A DNA stretch of 38,267 nucleotides, taken from NCBI GenBank assembly GCA_964539205.1, contig CAZIHG010000019.1, positions 1-38,267 on the forward strand, in the 5' to 3' direction. Below the pieces are notes generated by a model. The model made no database searches. It was given only the letters and a program-made list of their open reading frames with translations, and was not told the origin of the DNA. Both the position numbers and the translations under genes were made by a program. Shown one piece after another: positions 19,876-29,121 of the stretch. Every line of letters starts with the position of its first letter. Position 1 is the first letter of the stretch. The DNA is from an uncultured Candidatus Nitrosopelagicus sp. (GTDB taxonomy: Archaea > Thermoproteota > Nitrososphaeria > Nitrososphaerales > Nitrosopumilaceae).

Positions 19876-20024
19876 GTTTCTGCTTCATGACTCTGATATT
19901 AGCAAAAAACAGTGAAAATTATTTAACAAATTACAGTTTTTTTTCCGTTTGAAAATTTTATTGTTTCAAATTACGGCTAAAAAACCTTAGATTACATTAT
20001 ATTTTCAAATTTGTAGATGTTATC

Positions 20025-20873
20025 ATGCAAAATCTACTTCTAATAGTTTTTTTCTGTTCAATATTTTCAATAGCAGTAATTGGAAACTCATTTGCTGATA
20101 ATTATAGTATTAATGTTGATAGTACATTTTATGAAAAAGCTGACATAATTTCAATTTGGGGTTCAGCACCACCTAACCCTCAAAATACTGCATTTGTATC
20201 AATTAAAGATCCAAATGATAAAACAGTATGGACAGAGAAACTTTCACTTGATGAGAAAGGTGAATTTTCAACATTAGTTATTGCTGGAATCTCTAACTGG
20301 GAAGTAACTGGGAATTATAAAATTGTTTTAGAGTCTGACCAAAGTATAGAATCAAAAGAATTCTTTTATGATTCAGGACTGAAAGTTAACCCACCACCGA
20401 TAATTGATGAATACAATATCAGTCAACAGGATCTTATCATCACATTTACAATCTCAAGTATCATTGTTGCAGTAATTTTTGTTTATTTGGCACGAAATAT
20501 AATTTTAAGAAAAAAAACAAAGTATGATAATGCAGATCTTGAATCAAAGAAAGATCGTGATTACGAAAAATATCATTCAGAATGGACAGATGAAGATATT
20601 TTTGATTCACGTAAATCTACTATTAATGCAGAGGAACTTCGTGAAATGTACAAAAATAAATCACTTCCAAATTATTATTTAGTTTTAGGCTTGATGGATA
20701 ACGCATCAAATACAGAAATTAAAAATCGATATAGGGAACTTGCAAAACAATATCACCCAGATAAAAACAAAGATTCATCTGAGGAAAAAATGGCAGAGAT
20801 TAATAAAGCCTATGAAGTTCTTTCAGATGAAAAACTTAGAGACGAATATGATAAATTTTATAAATTAATCTGA
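20025..20873 (+). CDS. Membrane-anchored J-domain protein with exported Ig-like N-terminal domain
   Basis: Signal peptide, beta-rich domain, TM ([19 protein letters not shown]), C-terminal NYYLVLGL...[13 protein letters not shown]...[15 protein letters not shown]. Confidence 0.88.
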   Translation: MQNLLLIVFFCSIFSIAVIGNSFADNYSINVDSTFYEKADIISIWGSAPPNPQNTAFVSIKDPNDKTVWTEKLSLDEKGEFSTLVIAGISNWEVTGNYKIVLESDQSIESKEFFYDSGLKVNPPPIIDEYNISQQDLIITFTISSIIVAVIFVYLARNIILRKKTKYDNADLESKKDRDYEKYHSEWTDEDIFDSRKSTINAEELREMYKNKSLPNYYLVLGLMDNASNTEIKNRYRELAKQYHPDKNKDSSEEKMAEINKAYEVLSDEKLRDEYDKFYKLI

Positions 20874-21251
20874 TTTCACAATAATATCTTTTAGTATAAG
20901 ATATAACACAATTTTTGTAGAGTTTTGCATTGTATTTGTTAAATTTGTGACAAATGAAATTTTTCGATTATCTTTTAGCTTAACTTCAATCAATATATCA
21001 AGAAATGTTTTATTTGGGCCAAGCATTGCATTTGAGAGGTATTTAGAAATATCTGTGTTAAAAACAGTTGCTTGAATCTTTGTATCTTTTGTATCACTAA
21101 AGTATACACCACCTCTAGTTGTTGGCTCTGTAAATGGATTTTCATTTTGAAAAACTTTAATCTTGTTAATTTCAAAAATTTTATCAGAAATTAAAAGTTT
21201 GAAATTTTTACTATTTTCTTCCACTATTTTCTGTATTTCTTCATCATTCAT
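20865..21251 (-). CDS. Hypothetical protein
   Basis: 128-aa ORF convergent with the J-protein; segment [12 protein letters not shown]. Confidence 0.65.
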   Translation of the reverse strand: MNDEEIQKIVEENSKNFKLLISDKIFEINKIKVFQNENPFTEPTTRGGVYFSDTKDTKIQATVFNTDISKYLSNAMLGPNKTFLDILIEVKLKDNRKISFVTNLTNTMQNSTKIVLYLILKDIIVKSD

Positions 21252-21281
21252 GATATAATCTTATGATCAAACAAAAAATAT

Positions 21282-21599
21282 ATGTCAATAGAATGCTGTA
21301 TGAGTATGGCTGAAAAAATTTCAAAGGATCAATTAATGAAGGAATCTAACCAATATGTCATAATTGATGTACGTGAACCAGATGAATTATCTGGTGGCAC
21401 TATTGAAAACTCGCAAAATATGCCTCTAGGTCTGCTTATCAGAAATGCGAAAAAAGGTAAGATTGAGGAATTGAAGGACAAGAAAATCTGTGTCTATTGT
21501 GCTTCTGGTTATCGTGGAAATATTGCTGCAGAAGAGTTAGTGAAATCTGGATTTTCCGCTGTAAATCTTGAAGATGGTTATGCCAGTTGGACTGGATAA
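21282..21599 (+). CDS. Single-domain rhodanese
   Basis: IIDVREPDE, active-site loop YCASGYRG, NLEDGYASW. Confidence 0.9.
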   Translation: MSIECCMSMAEKISKDQLMKESNQYVIIDVREPDELSGGTIENSQNMPLGLLIRNAKKGKIEELKDKKICVYCASGYRGNIAAEELVKSGFSAVNLEDGYASWTG

Positions 21600-21855
21600 T
21601 TTGAGTTATAATACAATACGAAAAGCCAAGAAGCTTGTTGAGAATAATTCTATTGTTAAAATTGAAGATGATTTATTCCAAGTCAAATCATCCACTGATC
21701 CAGCTAAATCATATTTTGTGACCTTGGATACCTGTGAATGCCAAGGATTCAAGAATTTTTATAAATTTCATCATGGAAAAGGGCTGAAAGCAAATTGTTC
21801 CCATTTGGAAGCAATTCGAATATTTCAAAAAGAAAATCGATTTTCTGATCTGTAA
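21568..21855 (+). CDS. SWIM zinc-finger protein (start probably 21574 or 21580)
   Basis: FQVKS...YFV...CECQGF...CSHLEA (CxC...CxH). Confidence 0.8.
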   Translation: MKMVMPVGLDNLSYNTIRKAKKLVENNSIVKIEDDLFQVKSSTDPAKSYFVTLDTCECQGFKNFYKFHHGKGLKANCSHLEAIRIFQKENRFSDL

Positions 21856-21870
21856 CAATCAATCAGATTA

Positions 21871-21880
21871 CTTATATACA
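21871..21880 (+). promoter_or_regulatory. TATA box for the PEFG-CTERM gene (leaderless start at GTG 21902)
   Basis: CTTATATACA lies about 25-30 nt upstream of in-frame GTG. Confidence 0.5.
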
Positions 21881-21886
21881 CATTCT

Positions 21887-22378
21887 TTGGTATTTCTACC
21901 AGTGACTCTCAAATCTAAACAAGCATTACCAATTTTGACAAGCCTTATGCTAGTAGCAGCATTAGCTTATGCTCCAGCAGCATTTGCAGGTGGCTTGGAA
22001 ATTGAAGCAGATGCTGTTGAGGGCTCAACAACAATCACTCTTACAGGACAAGCTTCATCTAGTGATCCTGTATCAATCATGGTTCTTGCACCAAATGGAA
22101 ATGTAGTATCCATTGATCAAGTAAATCCAGATTCTGATGGTTCATTTACTTCAACAATTGGAGTTGGTGGACCAATGTGGAAGCAAGATGGTGTCTATTC
22201 AATTAGTGCACAGCAGGGCAGTGCTGCAATCAATAAATCAACTGTTGAAGTAGAGATTGCTGATGGTGCTGTAGTACCTGAATTCGGCACAATAGCGTCA
22301 TTAGTTCTAGTTGTTGCAATAACCTCAATTGTAATACTATCTGCAAAAGGCAGACTTAGTTTCACACCTAGAATCTAA
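21887..22378 (+). CDS. PEFG-CTERM sorting-domain surface protein
   Basis: Signal peptide ending AFA; C-terminal VVPEFGTIA + TM + basic tail. Followed by a T-rich tract near 22388. Confidence 0.92.
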   Translation: MVFLPVTLKSKQALPILTSLMLVAALAYAPAAFAGGLEIEADAVEGSTTITLTGQASSSDPVSIMVLAPNGNVVSIDQVNPDSDGSFTSTIGVGGPMWKQDGVYSISAQQGSAAINKSTVEVEIADGAVVPEFGTIASLVLVVAITSIVILSAKGRLSFTPRI

Positions 22379-22453
22379 CCTGTCATCGTTTTTTCTTTTA
22401 ACAATTAATTATGGTTAAGCTTCATAATACCCCATTTTACAGTATTATCAAAC

Positions 22454-23113
22454 TTGGATATTGAAAAATTTCAGGACGATGTATATGCAATAAGTGAATT
22501 ACTCTCTGAGCGATTAGATGTTGCAGATGTACCAAAACTAAATTTTGTTCGTCAGGCATTAATTGATATGTATAAGGAAAACCTGGTAAAAATCAACCAT
22601 TCCGTTTTAGAATTAATTTGTGCATCGGAGCTAATTGCACATGGCTATTTTGTTGACGTTGAGAAACCTGTTTCAAAAGTACTCAGATGTGACCTTTTTG
22701 GTACTAAAGGTGATAATACTTCTATTGTTGAAATTGAAACTGGATTTACACCACCTGAACATGCATTAGATACTGTTGACTATTATGCTGCAAGGATTGT
22801 GAGTAAAATTGCTAGGTATAGTCAATATTGTGGTAAATTTTCTCTCGCTACACCTGTGGTAAATGTATTACCAATACCGCAAGTCTTTCTCTTACCTCCA
22901 CAAGCAAGAAAAAAGGAAGATTTGATGAGATTAAAAAATTTATGTGATAGGTTTTACAAGAATCCCAAAATCACATTTGATAATATACAAAACGCACACA
23001 TTCATTCAATCTATTTGATTAACACTGATAAGGGATTTTCTAAAGAACTAGATCCTGAAGCTTATCTTCAGATGACAAAAGATATCATAGATAGAAGTGA
23101 AATTGATATTTGA
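22454..23113 (+). CDS. Hypothetical protein with PD-(D/E)xK-like core
   Basis: H..LEL...L...G..V.VE...CDL...IVEIETG pattern. Confidence 0.65.
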   Translation: MDIEKFQDDVYAISELLSERLDVADVPKLNFVRQALIDMYKENLVKINHSVLELICASELIAHGYFVDVEKPVSKVLRCDLFGTKGDNTSIVEIETGFTPPEHALDTVDYYAARIVSKIARYSQYCGKFSLATPVVNVLPIPQVFLLPPQARKKEDLMRLKNLCDRFYKNPKITFDNIQNAHIHSIYLINTDKGFSKELDPEAYLQMTKDIIDRSEIDI

Positions 23114-23181
23114 AAATTTAATAAAACCTGATCGAATTTTCTCACAAGGTTTAATACATGTTCACCTAGGAGTATCGCCAT

Positions 23182-25377
23182 ATGACTAAATACAAATCTA
23201 CTGAACAAGTAATGAAAATAATCAGTGATAAAAATAAGATCAGGAATTTTGGTGTTATTGCTCATGTTGATCATGGAAAAACTACAATGAGTGATAGTCT
23301 ATTAGCACATTCTGGAATTATTTCACCATCAACAGCAGGTTCTGCACTTGCAATGGATTCTATGAAAGCTGAGCAAGAAAGAGGAATTACAATCGTTCAA
23401 GCAAATGTAACATTACATTATCAGGAAGGTGAAAACGATTATGTAATAAACATGATTGATACTCCTGGACATGTTGATTTTTCAGGTCGTGTAATTAGAA
23501 GTCTTAGAGCAATTGATGGTGCAGTTGTAGTATGTGATGCTGTTGAAGGAATAATGACTCAAACTGAGACTGTCACAAGAATGTCTCTTGAAGAAAGGGT
23601 CAGACCAGTTCTGTATATTAACAAGATTGATAGGCTCATAAAAGAATTAAGATTAACACCTGAAAAAATGCAAGAAACACTTGCGAGTGTTGTTGCAAAT
23701 TTTAACGAATTAATCGACACGTATGCTGAAGAAGAATATAAGGAAAAATGGAAAGTGTCAATACAGGATGGTAGTGTGACGTTTGGTTCTGCAAAAGATA
23801 GGTGGGCAATTAACGTAGATGTGATGCAGAAGAAAGGGGTCACTTTCAAAGATGTTATTGATGCATATTCAGACTCGGGTAAGGTTGAAGATTTAGTTGA
23901 AAAAGCCCCACTTGCAGACGCTGTATTGGGAATGGTGGTGAAACATCATCCACCACCACATGTAGCACAAAAATATCGGGTTCCAAAAATCTGCAAAGGT
24001 GACTTGGAATCAGATATCGGGAAGCCTCTTGTAAATTGTGATGATAATGTAACAACTGTGATGATGATTGTTAATATGACAATTGATCCTGCAGCAGGAC
24101 CTGTCGCTATAGGTAGATTATTTTCAGGAACCATAAAAGATGGACAAACAATTAACATTATTGACACAAAGAGAGAAGGCAGAGTGCAGTCAGTAAACTT
24201 TTTCATGTCAAACGTACGTGAACAAGTAGGCCAGTTATCAGCTGGAAATATTCCTGCACTATTGGGACTCACAGAAGCTCGTGCCGGACAAACAGTTTCT
24301 AGTATAAAAGATATTGCAGTGTTTGAAGCATCAAAATATGTTTCTGAACCGGTAGTTCAAATGGCCATTGAACCAAAACATCCAAAGGATTTACCAAAAC
24401 TTGTAGAGACACTACGTAAACTCACAATTGAGGATCCAAATCTAGTTATCAAGATTGATGAGGAAAGTGGCGAAACAATAATGGCAGGAATGGGTGTACT
24501 TCATCTTGATGTTGCAGTTAATTTGATCCGTGATGCTAAAGTTGAAATTGTTACTTCAGAGCCATTGATCAATTATAGAGAGACTATTACTGGTGCATGT
24601 GAACCAGTAATGGCAAAATCTCCAAATCGTCATAACAAAATATTCATGAGAGTGGAACCATTAGAACCTGAAATTGCTGAAATGTGTAGAAATGGAACAC
24701 TAAGTGATATGAAAGATAAAAAAGAAACAGCACAAGTTCTTCGTGATCATGGTTGGGAACCAGACGTTGCTAAAAAAGTAATGAAATTTGATTCTCGTGG
24801 AAATGTTATGATTAATGGTACAAAAGGCGTGCAATTTATTGATGAATCTACAGATTCCCTTTTGTCTGGTTTCGACGAAGTTATGAGAGAAGGAGGTTTA
24901 ACCAAAGAGCAAGTTAGAGACTGTAAATTTACATTCACTCATTTTGTCCCTCACGAAGATACAGCACATAGAGGATTATCTCAACTTGGTCCTGCATCGA
25001 GAAGAGCTTGCTTGGCAGCATTTTTGTCAGCACAACCAATGATTTTAGAGCCAATGTTAGCAATTGAAGTTAGAGTTCCAACTGATCTTATTGGTAATGT
25101 ATCTACTGTCATTCAAGGCAAACGTGGAAAAGTACTTGATATGCAGCAAAAAGGTGGAACTAGTATTGTAATTGGCGAAGTGCCTGCTGTTGAAACATTT
25201 GATATATCTGAAAAAATGAGAGGACAGACAGCGGGTAAAGCAATGTGGAATACACATTTTAAAGCTTGGACACAAGTTCCAAAATCAATTGCTCAAACAC
25301 TAACAGAAGAAATTAGAAAGCGTAAAGGCTTACCACCAAATCCTCCAAATGCATCTGAATTCATAGACAGAGATTAG
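23182..25377 (+). CDS. fusA: Translation elongation factor 2 (aEF-2)
   Basis: AHVDHGKTT, EQERGITI, DTPGHVDF, NKID, GMGVLHL, KSPNRHNK, diphthamide loop HEDTAHRG. TTTAATA at ~23150. Confidence 0.97.
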   Translation: MTKYKSTEQVMKIISDKNKIRNFGVIAHVDHGKTTMSDSLLAHSGIISPSTAGSALAMDSMKAEQERGITIVQANVTLHYQEGENDYVINMIDTPGHVDFSGRVIRSLRAIDGAVVVCDAVEGIMTQTETVTRMSLEERVRPVLYINKIDRLIKELRLTPEKMQETLASVVANFNELIDTYAEEEYKEKWKVSIQDGSVTFGSAKDRWAINVDVMQKKGVTFKDVIDAYSDSGKVEDLVEKAPLADAVLGMVVKHHPPPHVAQKYRVPKICKGDLESDIGKPLVNCDDNVTTVMMIVNMTIDPAAGPVAIGRLFSGTIKDGQTINIIDTKREGRVQSVNFFMSNVREQVGQLSAGNIPALLGLTEARAGQTVSSIKDIAVFEASKYVSEPVVQMAIEPKHPKDLPKLVETLRKLTIEDPNLVIKIDEESGETIMAGMGVLHLDVAVNLIRDAKVEIVTSEPLINYRETITGACEPVMAKSPNRHNKIFMRVEPLEPEIAEMCRNGTLSDMKDKKETAQVLRDHGWEPDVAKKVMKFDSRGNVMINGTKGVQFIDESTDSLLSGFDEVMREGGLTKEQVRDCKFTFTHFVPHEDTAHRGLSQLGPASRRACLAAFLSAQPMILEPMLAIEVRVPTDLIGNVSTVIQGKRGKVLDMQQKGGTSIVIGEVPAVETFDISEKMRGQTAGKAMWNTHFKAWTQVPKSIAQTLTEEIRKRKGLPPNPPNASEFIDRD

Positions 25378-25380
25378 AGC

Positions 25381-25578
25381 ATGGTTAAAATTCAAACATT
25401 TGACGCAGTAAATTTTTGGAAGAATTCATACGCACATCAACGTGGAAAACTCTTAAAAAAATTAAATATCACAGATGAACAAATAAAAGAACTTGTTAAC
25501 AAGCAATATGTCGAATTATCTTCGGCGTTAAGATATGAAATTGAAACAAGTGGTGTTCAGAAATCTGATTTATTGTAG
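25381..25578 (+). CDS. Small hypothetical protein coupled to fusA
   Basis: ATG 3 bp after the fusA stop; 65 aa; T-tract follows the stop. Confidence 0.7.
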   Translation: MVKIQTFDAVNFWKNSYAHQRGKLLKKLNITDEQIKELVNKQYVELSSALRYEIETSGVQKSDLL

Positions 25579-25609
25579 TCTTTTTTAATTTAATTATGAT
25601 TTTCATCTA

Positions 25610-25753
25610 TCATTCTTCATTTCGTAATGTGACCATTATAAAAGAAATTTCTTTTAGAAATTCATATTCACCTTTTGACCACGAAGAATATTTTGTTGCA
25701 TTATTCCAGAATTCACGGCTGCAGGGTAATTGTTGTTCAATTGAATTTGGCAT
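25610..25753 (-). CDS. Possible small protein (47 aa; absent from ORF track)
   Basis: Hand translation: MPNSIEQQLPCSREFWNNATKYSSWSKGEYEFLKEISFIMVTLRNEE*. No family recognised. Confidence 0.4.
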   Translation of the reverse strand: MPNSIEQQLPCSREFWNNATKYSSWSKGEYEFLKEISFIMVTLRNEE

Positions 25754-25918
25754 AATTAGACTTGATTTTTTTATATAATATCGAATTTGCCTTTAATGCT
25801 TCACAAATACACTGAAAAAAATTGATCCATCCTAGAATTATGGATTGAATTATTGCTAATCATTAGTCAATATTTCATGAAAACTACAAGTTTTAGCATA
25901 AATCTGAATTAAGGTATT

Positions 25919-26050
25919 ATGAAAGCACGTTACGCTGGTAAATGTCGCAGTTGTGGTGATGATATCAGAATAGGCAAAGAAATAACCAAGAATTCCGATG
26001 ATATATGGGTACATAAACACTGCGCCGAAGAAGTCGTTGATCTACCTTAA
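25919..26050 (+). CDS. Small CxxC...HxxC zinc-finger protein (43 aa; absent from ORF track)
   Basis: Hand translation: MKARYAGKCRSCGDDIRIGKEITKNSDDIWVHKHCAEEVVDLP*. Confidence 0.82.
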   Translation: MKARYAGKCRSCGDDIRIGKEITKNSDDIWVHKHCAEEVVDLP

Positions 26051-26081
26051 ATAATATATTTCCAAGTCATTAAACCACCAC

Positions 26082-26909
26082 ATGACAATTAATCTCTTTG
26101 AGATGCTTATGTGGACATTTCGTCGTAACGAAAATGACGTTGTCAATCTTTACGATTCATTATCACCAATTATGCAATTATCAACTGGTGGCGAAATGCT
26201 CAATTTTGGTTTGTGGGATGAATCTACAAATACACCACTTGAGGCTCAAATGAAATTATGCGATGCAACAGGAAAAATGGCAAATTTATCAAATGTGGTA
26301 TCATTGATAGATGTTGGAAGTGGGATTTTAGGACCCGCAAAAAAATGGCATTTGGATTATCCAAATTTGACAATTTCTGCCGTAAACATAAATTTTAACC
26401 AATTAAAAAACTCAAAATCAGATTACGTAGCAAAATTAAATTCTACGTCAAGATTTTTACCTTTTGCTGATAACATAATTGATCGAGTAATCGCATTGGA
26501 ATCTGCACAACACTTTAGACCACTTGAAGATTTTCTTGCAGAATCAAAAAGGGTTCTAAAGGATGATGGTGTACTTGTTATGGCTATCCCAGTGGTTAAT
26601 GACAAATCATCTGGACTACTTGATTTGGGAATATTGTCGTTTACATGGTCATCAGAGCATTATACATATGAATCGGTCAGTTCAAAAATTAGTAATATAG
26701 GATTTAAGATTTTGGAATCACAAAATTTAGGATTAAATGTTTATGTTCCTTTAGCAGATTATTATTTCAAACATAGAAATGAATTACAAGAAAAAATTAA
26801 AACCAAATATTCTTCATCCACTGAAAAAATTCTTTTTAGTTCTTTGAAAAAAATGAAACAGATGTCAGAATTAGGATTAATTGATTATGTACTTCTAAAA
26901 TGTGCATAA
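26082..26909 (+). CDS. Class I SAM-dependent methyltransferase (sterol/tocopherol/EryG-RebM-like)
   Basis: LNFGLW...LEAQ, motif I LIDVGSGILG, LPFADN..DRVIALESAQHF, ESKRVLK.DG. Confidence 0.88.
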   Translation: MTINLFEMLMWTFRRNENDVVNLYDSLSPIMQLSTGGEMLNFGLWDESTNTPLEAQMKLCDATGKMANLSNVVSLIDVGSGILGPAKKWHLDYPNLTISAVNINFNQLKNSKSDYVAKLNSTSRFLPFADNIIDRVIALESAQHFRPLEDFLAESKRVLKDDGVLVMAIPVVNDKSSGLLDLGILSFTWSSEHYTYESVSSKISNIGFKILESQNLGLNVYVPLADYYFKHRNELQEKIKTKYSSSTEKILFSSLKKMKQMSELGLIDYVLLKCA

Positions 26910-26911
26910 TT

Positions 26912-26946
26912 AGCACTAGTTTATAATTTTATCACTAGTTTATATT
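26912..26946 (+). promoter_or_regulatory. Tandem CACTAG-TTTATA repeat (operator or BRE-TATA), site A
   Basis: CACTAGTTTATA at 26914-26925 and 26933-26944 (19-bp period). Confidence 0.6.
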
Positions 26947-26958
26947 ATATTACGGCAT

Positions 26959-27204
26959 ATGAGTAGTATGGGAGCATCATGTAGAGGAATATGTGTGCTG
27001 GAAAGCATAACTAAGGTACCAAATTCACAAAAATATCAGTTTGGATTAAAACGTTGTAGTTGGTGTGAAGTATGGCTTGATACTAACGACATAAGGTGTA
27101 CTTGCTGCAAGATGATTTTGAGAACAAAATCACGAAATAAGAAAAAATTAAGAGTAAATCCCAATATAGGAAAATTTGGAGATAATACATCGATTACGGC
27201 ATAA
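26959..27204 (+). CDS. Small Cys-rich zinc-finger protein
   Basis: CRGIC...KRCSWCEVW...RCTCCKMILRTK. Confidence 0.8.
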   Translation: MSSMGASCRGICVLESITKVPNSQKYQFGLKRCSWCEVWLDTNDIRCTCCKMILRTKSRNKKKLRVNPNIGKFGDNTSITA

Positions 27205-27235
27205 AATATTTCAGTAACAAATATGTCTGATTAAA

Positions 27236-28579
27236 ATGAGATCATCTAAAAACCCACAAGTGTTAATCATTGGAGCAGGTGTGGGTGGTTTATCTATTGG
27301 AACTTTACTTGTTAACGAAGGATACTCTGTTAGAATTCTTGAAAAATCTGATGGATTGGGTGGCAGAACTAAATCCATCAAATTCAAAAACCACATACTA
27401 GATAATGGATTTCATATAATGCCATTCTATAAAAAATCTGCAATTTATGATGTTCTTAAATCGGCTAATATTGTACAAAACTTGAAATTAGCAATTGTTG
27501 ATAGAATTGCATTCTTCGATGGTGACTTCCACACATATCCTAAAGGTGTTATGGATATTCTAGGAATGTCTTTGTTACCATTAAAGAGTAGATTCTCTCT
27601 CCTGAAAATTTTACTTCCAATGGCATTTACTAGTATGGAAAAAGCAGAACAAATGGATCAAACACCATTAACCGAAGTCACCAAGAAACTTGATAGTCAT
27701 TCAAAAAGATTTTTTGACGCAGTATGCATGCTTGCATTTGCTGATACAGCTGATCATATCTCATTAGGCGAGTTTGCAAGGACAATAATACGTGCTAATC
27801 CATTCAAAGGAGGTACAAGTGAATTTGCATATCCTGATATGGGTGGCTATGATAAAATTTCACAGGTTATGGGTGATTATATCACTCAGAATGGTTCTAC
27901 TATCAATGTTAATACTGCTGTGAAAAAAGTCCTCGTAAATGATTCTCGTGTGACAGGTATTTTACTGTCAGATGGAACTACTATAGAATCTAATTGTGTA
28001 ATAATTTCATATCCTGTATATCACGCAATAAACCAATTATTTGATAATAATGTATTTGATGATGGTTTTATCAAACACATAAACAGACTTAACAAAACTA
28101 CTTCAGTCGTTGAGGTTCATTTTGCATTATCAAAAAAACTTGATACTAGGCAAGTAGTTTTTCCAGTTGGAGATTATATCTCAAAAGGAATATTTTTCAT
28201 ATCCAATATAACACCAAGTGTTTCACCAAAAGGCGAACATCTCATAATTGTTGGTACACCAGTAAAACCAGAAGATACTGATAATCCACAAAAAATTAAA
28301 GAAATTGTTTTCAATATGAAAAAAGAACTGTCGAAAATTTATTCTGATTTTGATGATGCATTATTATGGGAGAGACCCATGGCATGGAAACTAGTTGAAG
28401 CTGTTGTCAAAGAACCTGGTCTAGTTTGGAAAAATAAGATGCCACACTCAGTTTCACAGGTAGAAGGCTTATTTTTTGTTGGTGATTCTACTGTAAGTTA
28501 TGGGATTGGAACAGATTCTGCAGCGCATAGTTCAATTTTAGCTCATCCAGAAATCATAAAATTTCTAAATGTTAAGTAG
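27236..28579 (+). CDS. Phytoene desaturase/HpnE-like FAD-dependent oxidoreductase
   Basis: IIGAGVGGL, EKSDGLGGR, LDNGFHI, YP.MGG, C-terminal VEGLFFVGDS. Confidence 0.85.
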   Translation: MRSSKNPQVLIIGAGVGGLSIGTLLVNEGYSVRILEKSDGLGGRTKSIKFKNHILDNGFHIMPFYKKSAIYDVLKSANIVQNLKLAIVDRIAFFDGDFHTYPKGVMDILGMSLLPLKSRFSLLKILLPMAFTSMEKAEQMDQTPLTEVTKKLDSHSKRFFDAVCMLAFADTADHISLGEFARTIIRANPFKGGTSEFAYPDMGGYDKISQVMGDYITQNGSTINVNTAVKKVLVNDSRVTGILLSDGTTIESNCVIISYPVYHAINQLFDNNVFDDGFIKHINRLNKTTSVVEVHFALSKKLDTRQVVFPVGDYISKGIFFISNITPSVSPKGEHLIIVGTPVKPEDTDNPQKIKEIVFNMKKELSKIYSDFDDALLWERPMAWKLVEAVVKEPGLVWKNKMPHSVSQVEGLFFVGDSTVSYGIGTDSAAHSSILAHPEIIKFLNVK

Positions 28580-29009
28580 ATTTAGATTTTGCATAGTTAA
28601 CAAATTCATCCATAACCATATTCATATTCTCCTCAATTTTTCTTTTAGCAAACTTTGCCAAAAATTTCAGACCTCCATGCAATTTTAAATCTACGGTTAT
28701 CGTAAGTTTCGTTTTTTCACCAAATTTTTCGTATTTTTCATCGAATACAGTGCCACTAGCTTTTCCATCCAGCATTTTAATGATATGTCTTTGAGGTTTT
28801 TCTATTACATGTTCTGTCATTACATTAATAGTTCTACCAAGAAACTCAAGTCTTTCTTGAATTTTTGTAGCATTACCATTTCTTTCAATTATTTTTATCT
28901 CTTTAAAATAATCTGGTAAAATTTTTGTAAAGTTTTCATAATCAGTGCTTATTTGAAAAATTAGTTCTCTATTTACATCAACAGTTTTTGTAAATTCAAA
29001 TTTTGTCAT
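28572..29009 (-). CDS. SRPBCC/START (Coq10/polyketide-cyclase-like) ligand-binding protein
   Basis: TVDVNRELIFQISTDYENFTKILP, beta strands, long C-terminal helix. Confidence 0.85.
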   Translation of the reverse strand: MTKFEFTKTVDVNRELIFQISTDYENFTKILPDYFKEIKIIERNGNATKIQERLEFLGRTINVMTEHVIEKPQRHIIKMLDGKASGTVFDEKYEKFGEKTKLTITVDLKLHGGLKFLAKFAKRKIEENMNMVMDEFVNYAKSKST

Positions 29010-29042
29010 ACATTCTAGGTAAATAATTAATCAATTAAATCA

Positions 29043-29100
29043 TATACTAGAAGCAAATCTTGGCACTAGTGGTGTCCATAGGCACTATCCATATATATAT
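29043..29100. promoter_or_regulatory. Three-copy (G/T)(G/A)(C/T)ACTA(G/T) array in a divergent promoter, site B
   Basis: TATACTAG 29043, GGCACTAG 29062, GGCACTAT 29081 (19-bp period), then ATATATATAT at 29091. Confidence 0.6.
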
Positions 29101-29121
29101 AATAAAAAATTATTTTCTTTA

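Noticed and set aside
17722-21855. SNF2 + SWIM as a defence system
   Set aside because: The genes are separated by unrelated ones on both strands, with no adjacent DNA methylase or clear nuclease partner.
25596-25778. 60-aa plus-strand ORF from the track
   Set aside because: No recognisable motif, starts just after a T-tract, and the opposite-strand 47-aa ORF looks more protein-like.
27236-28579. Complete carotenoid cluster
   Set aside because: No crtB, crtE or crtY homologue in the window, so the substrate cannot be assigned.
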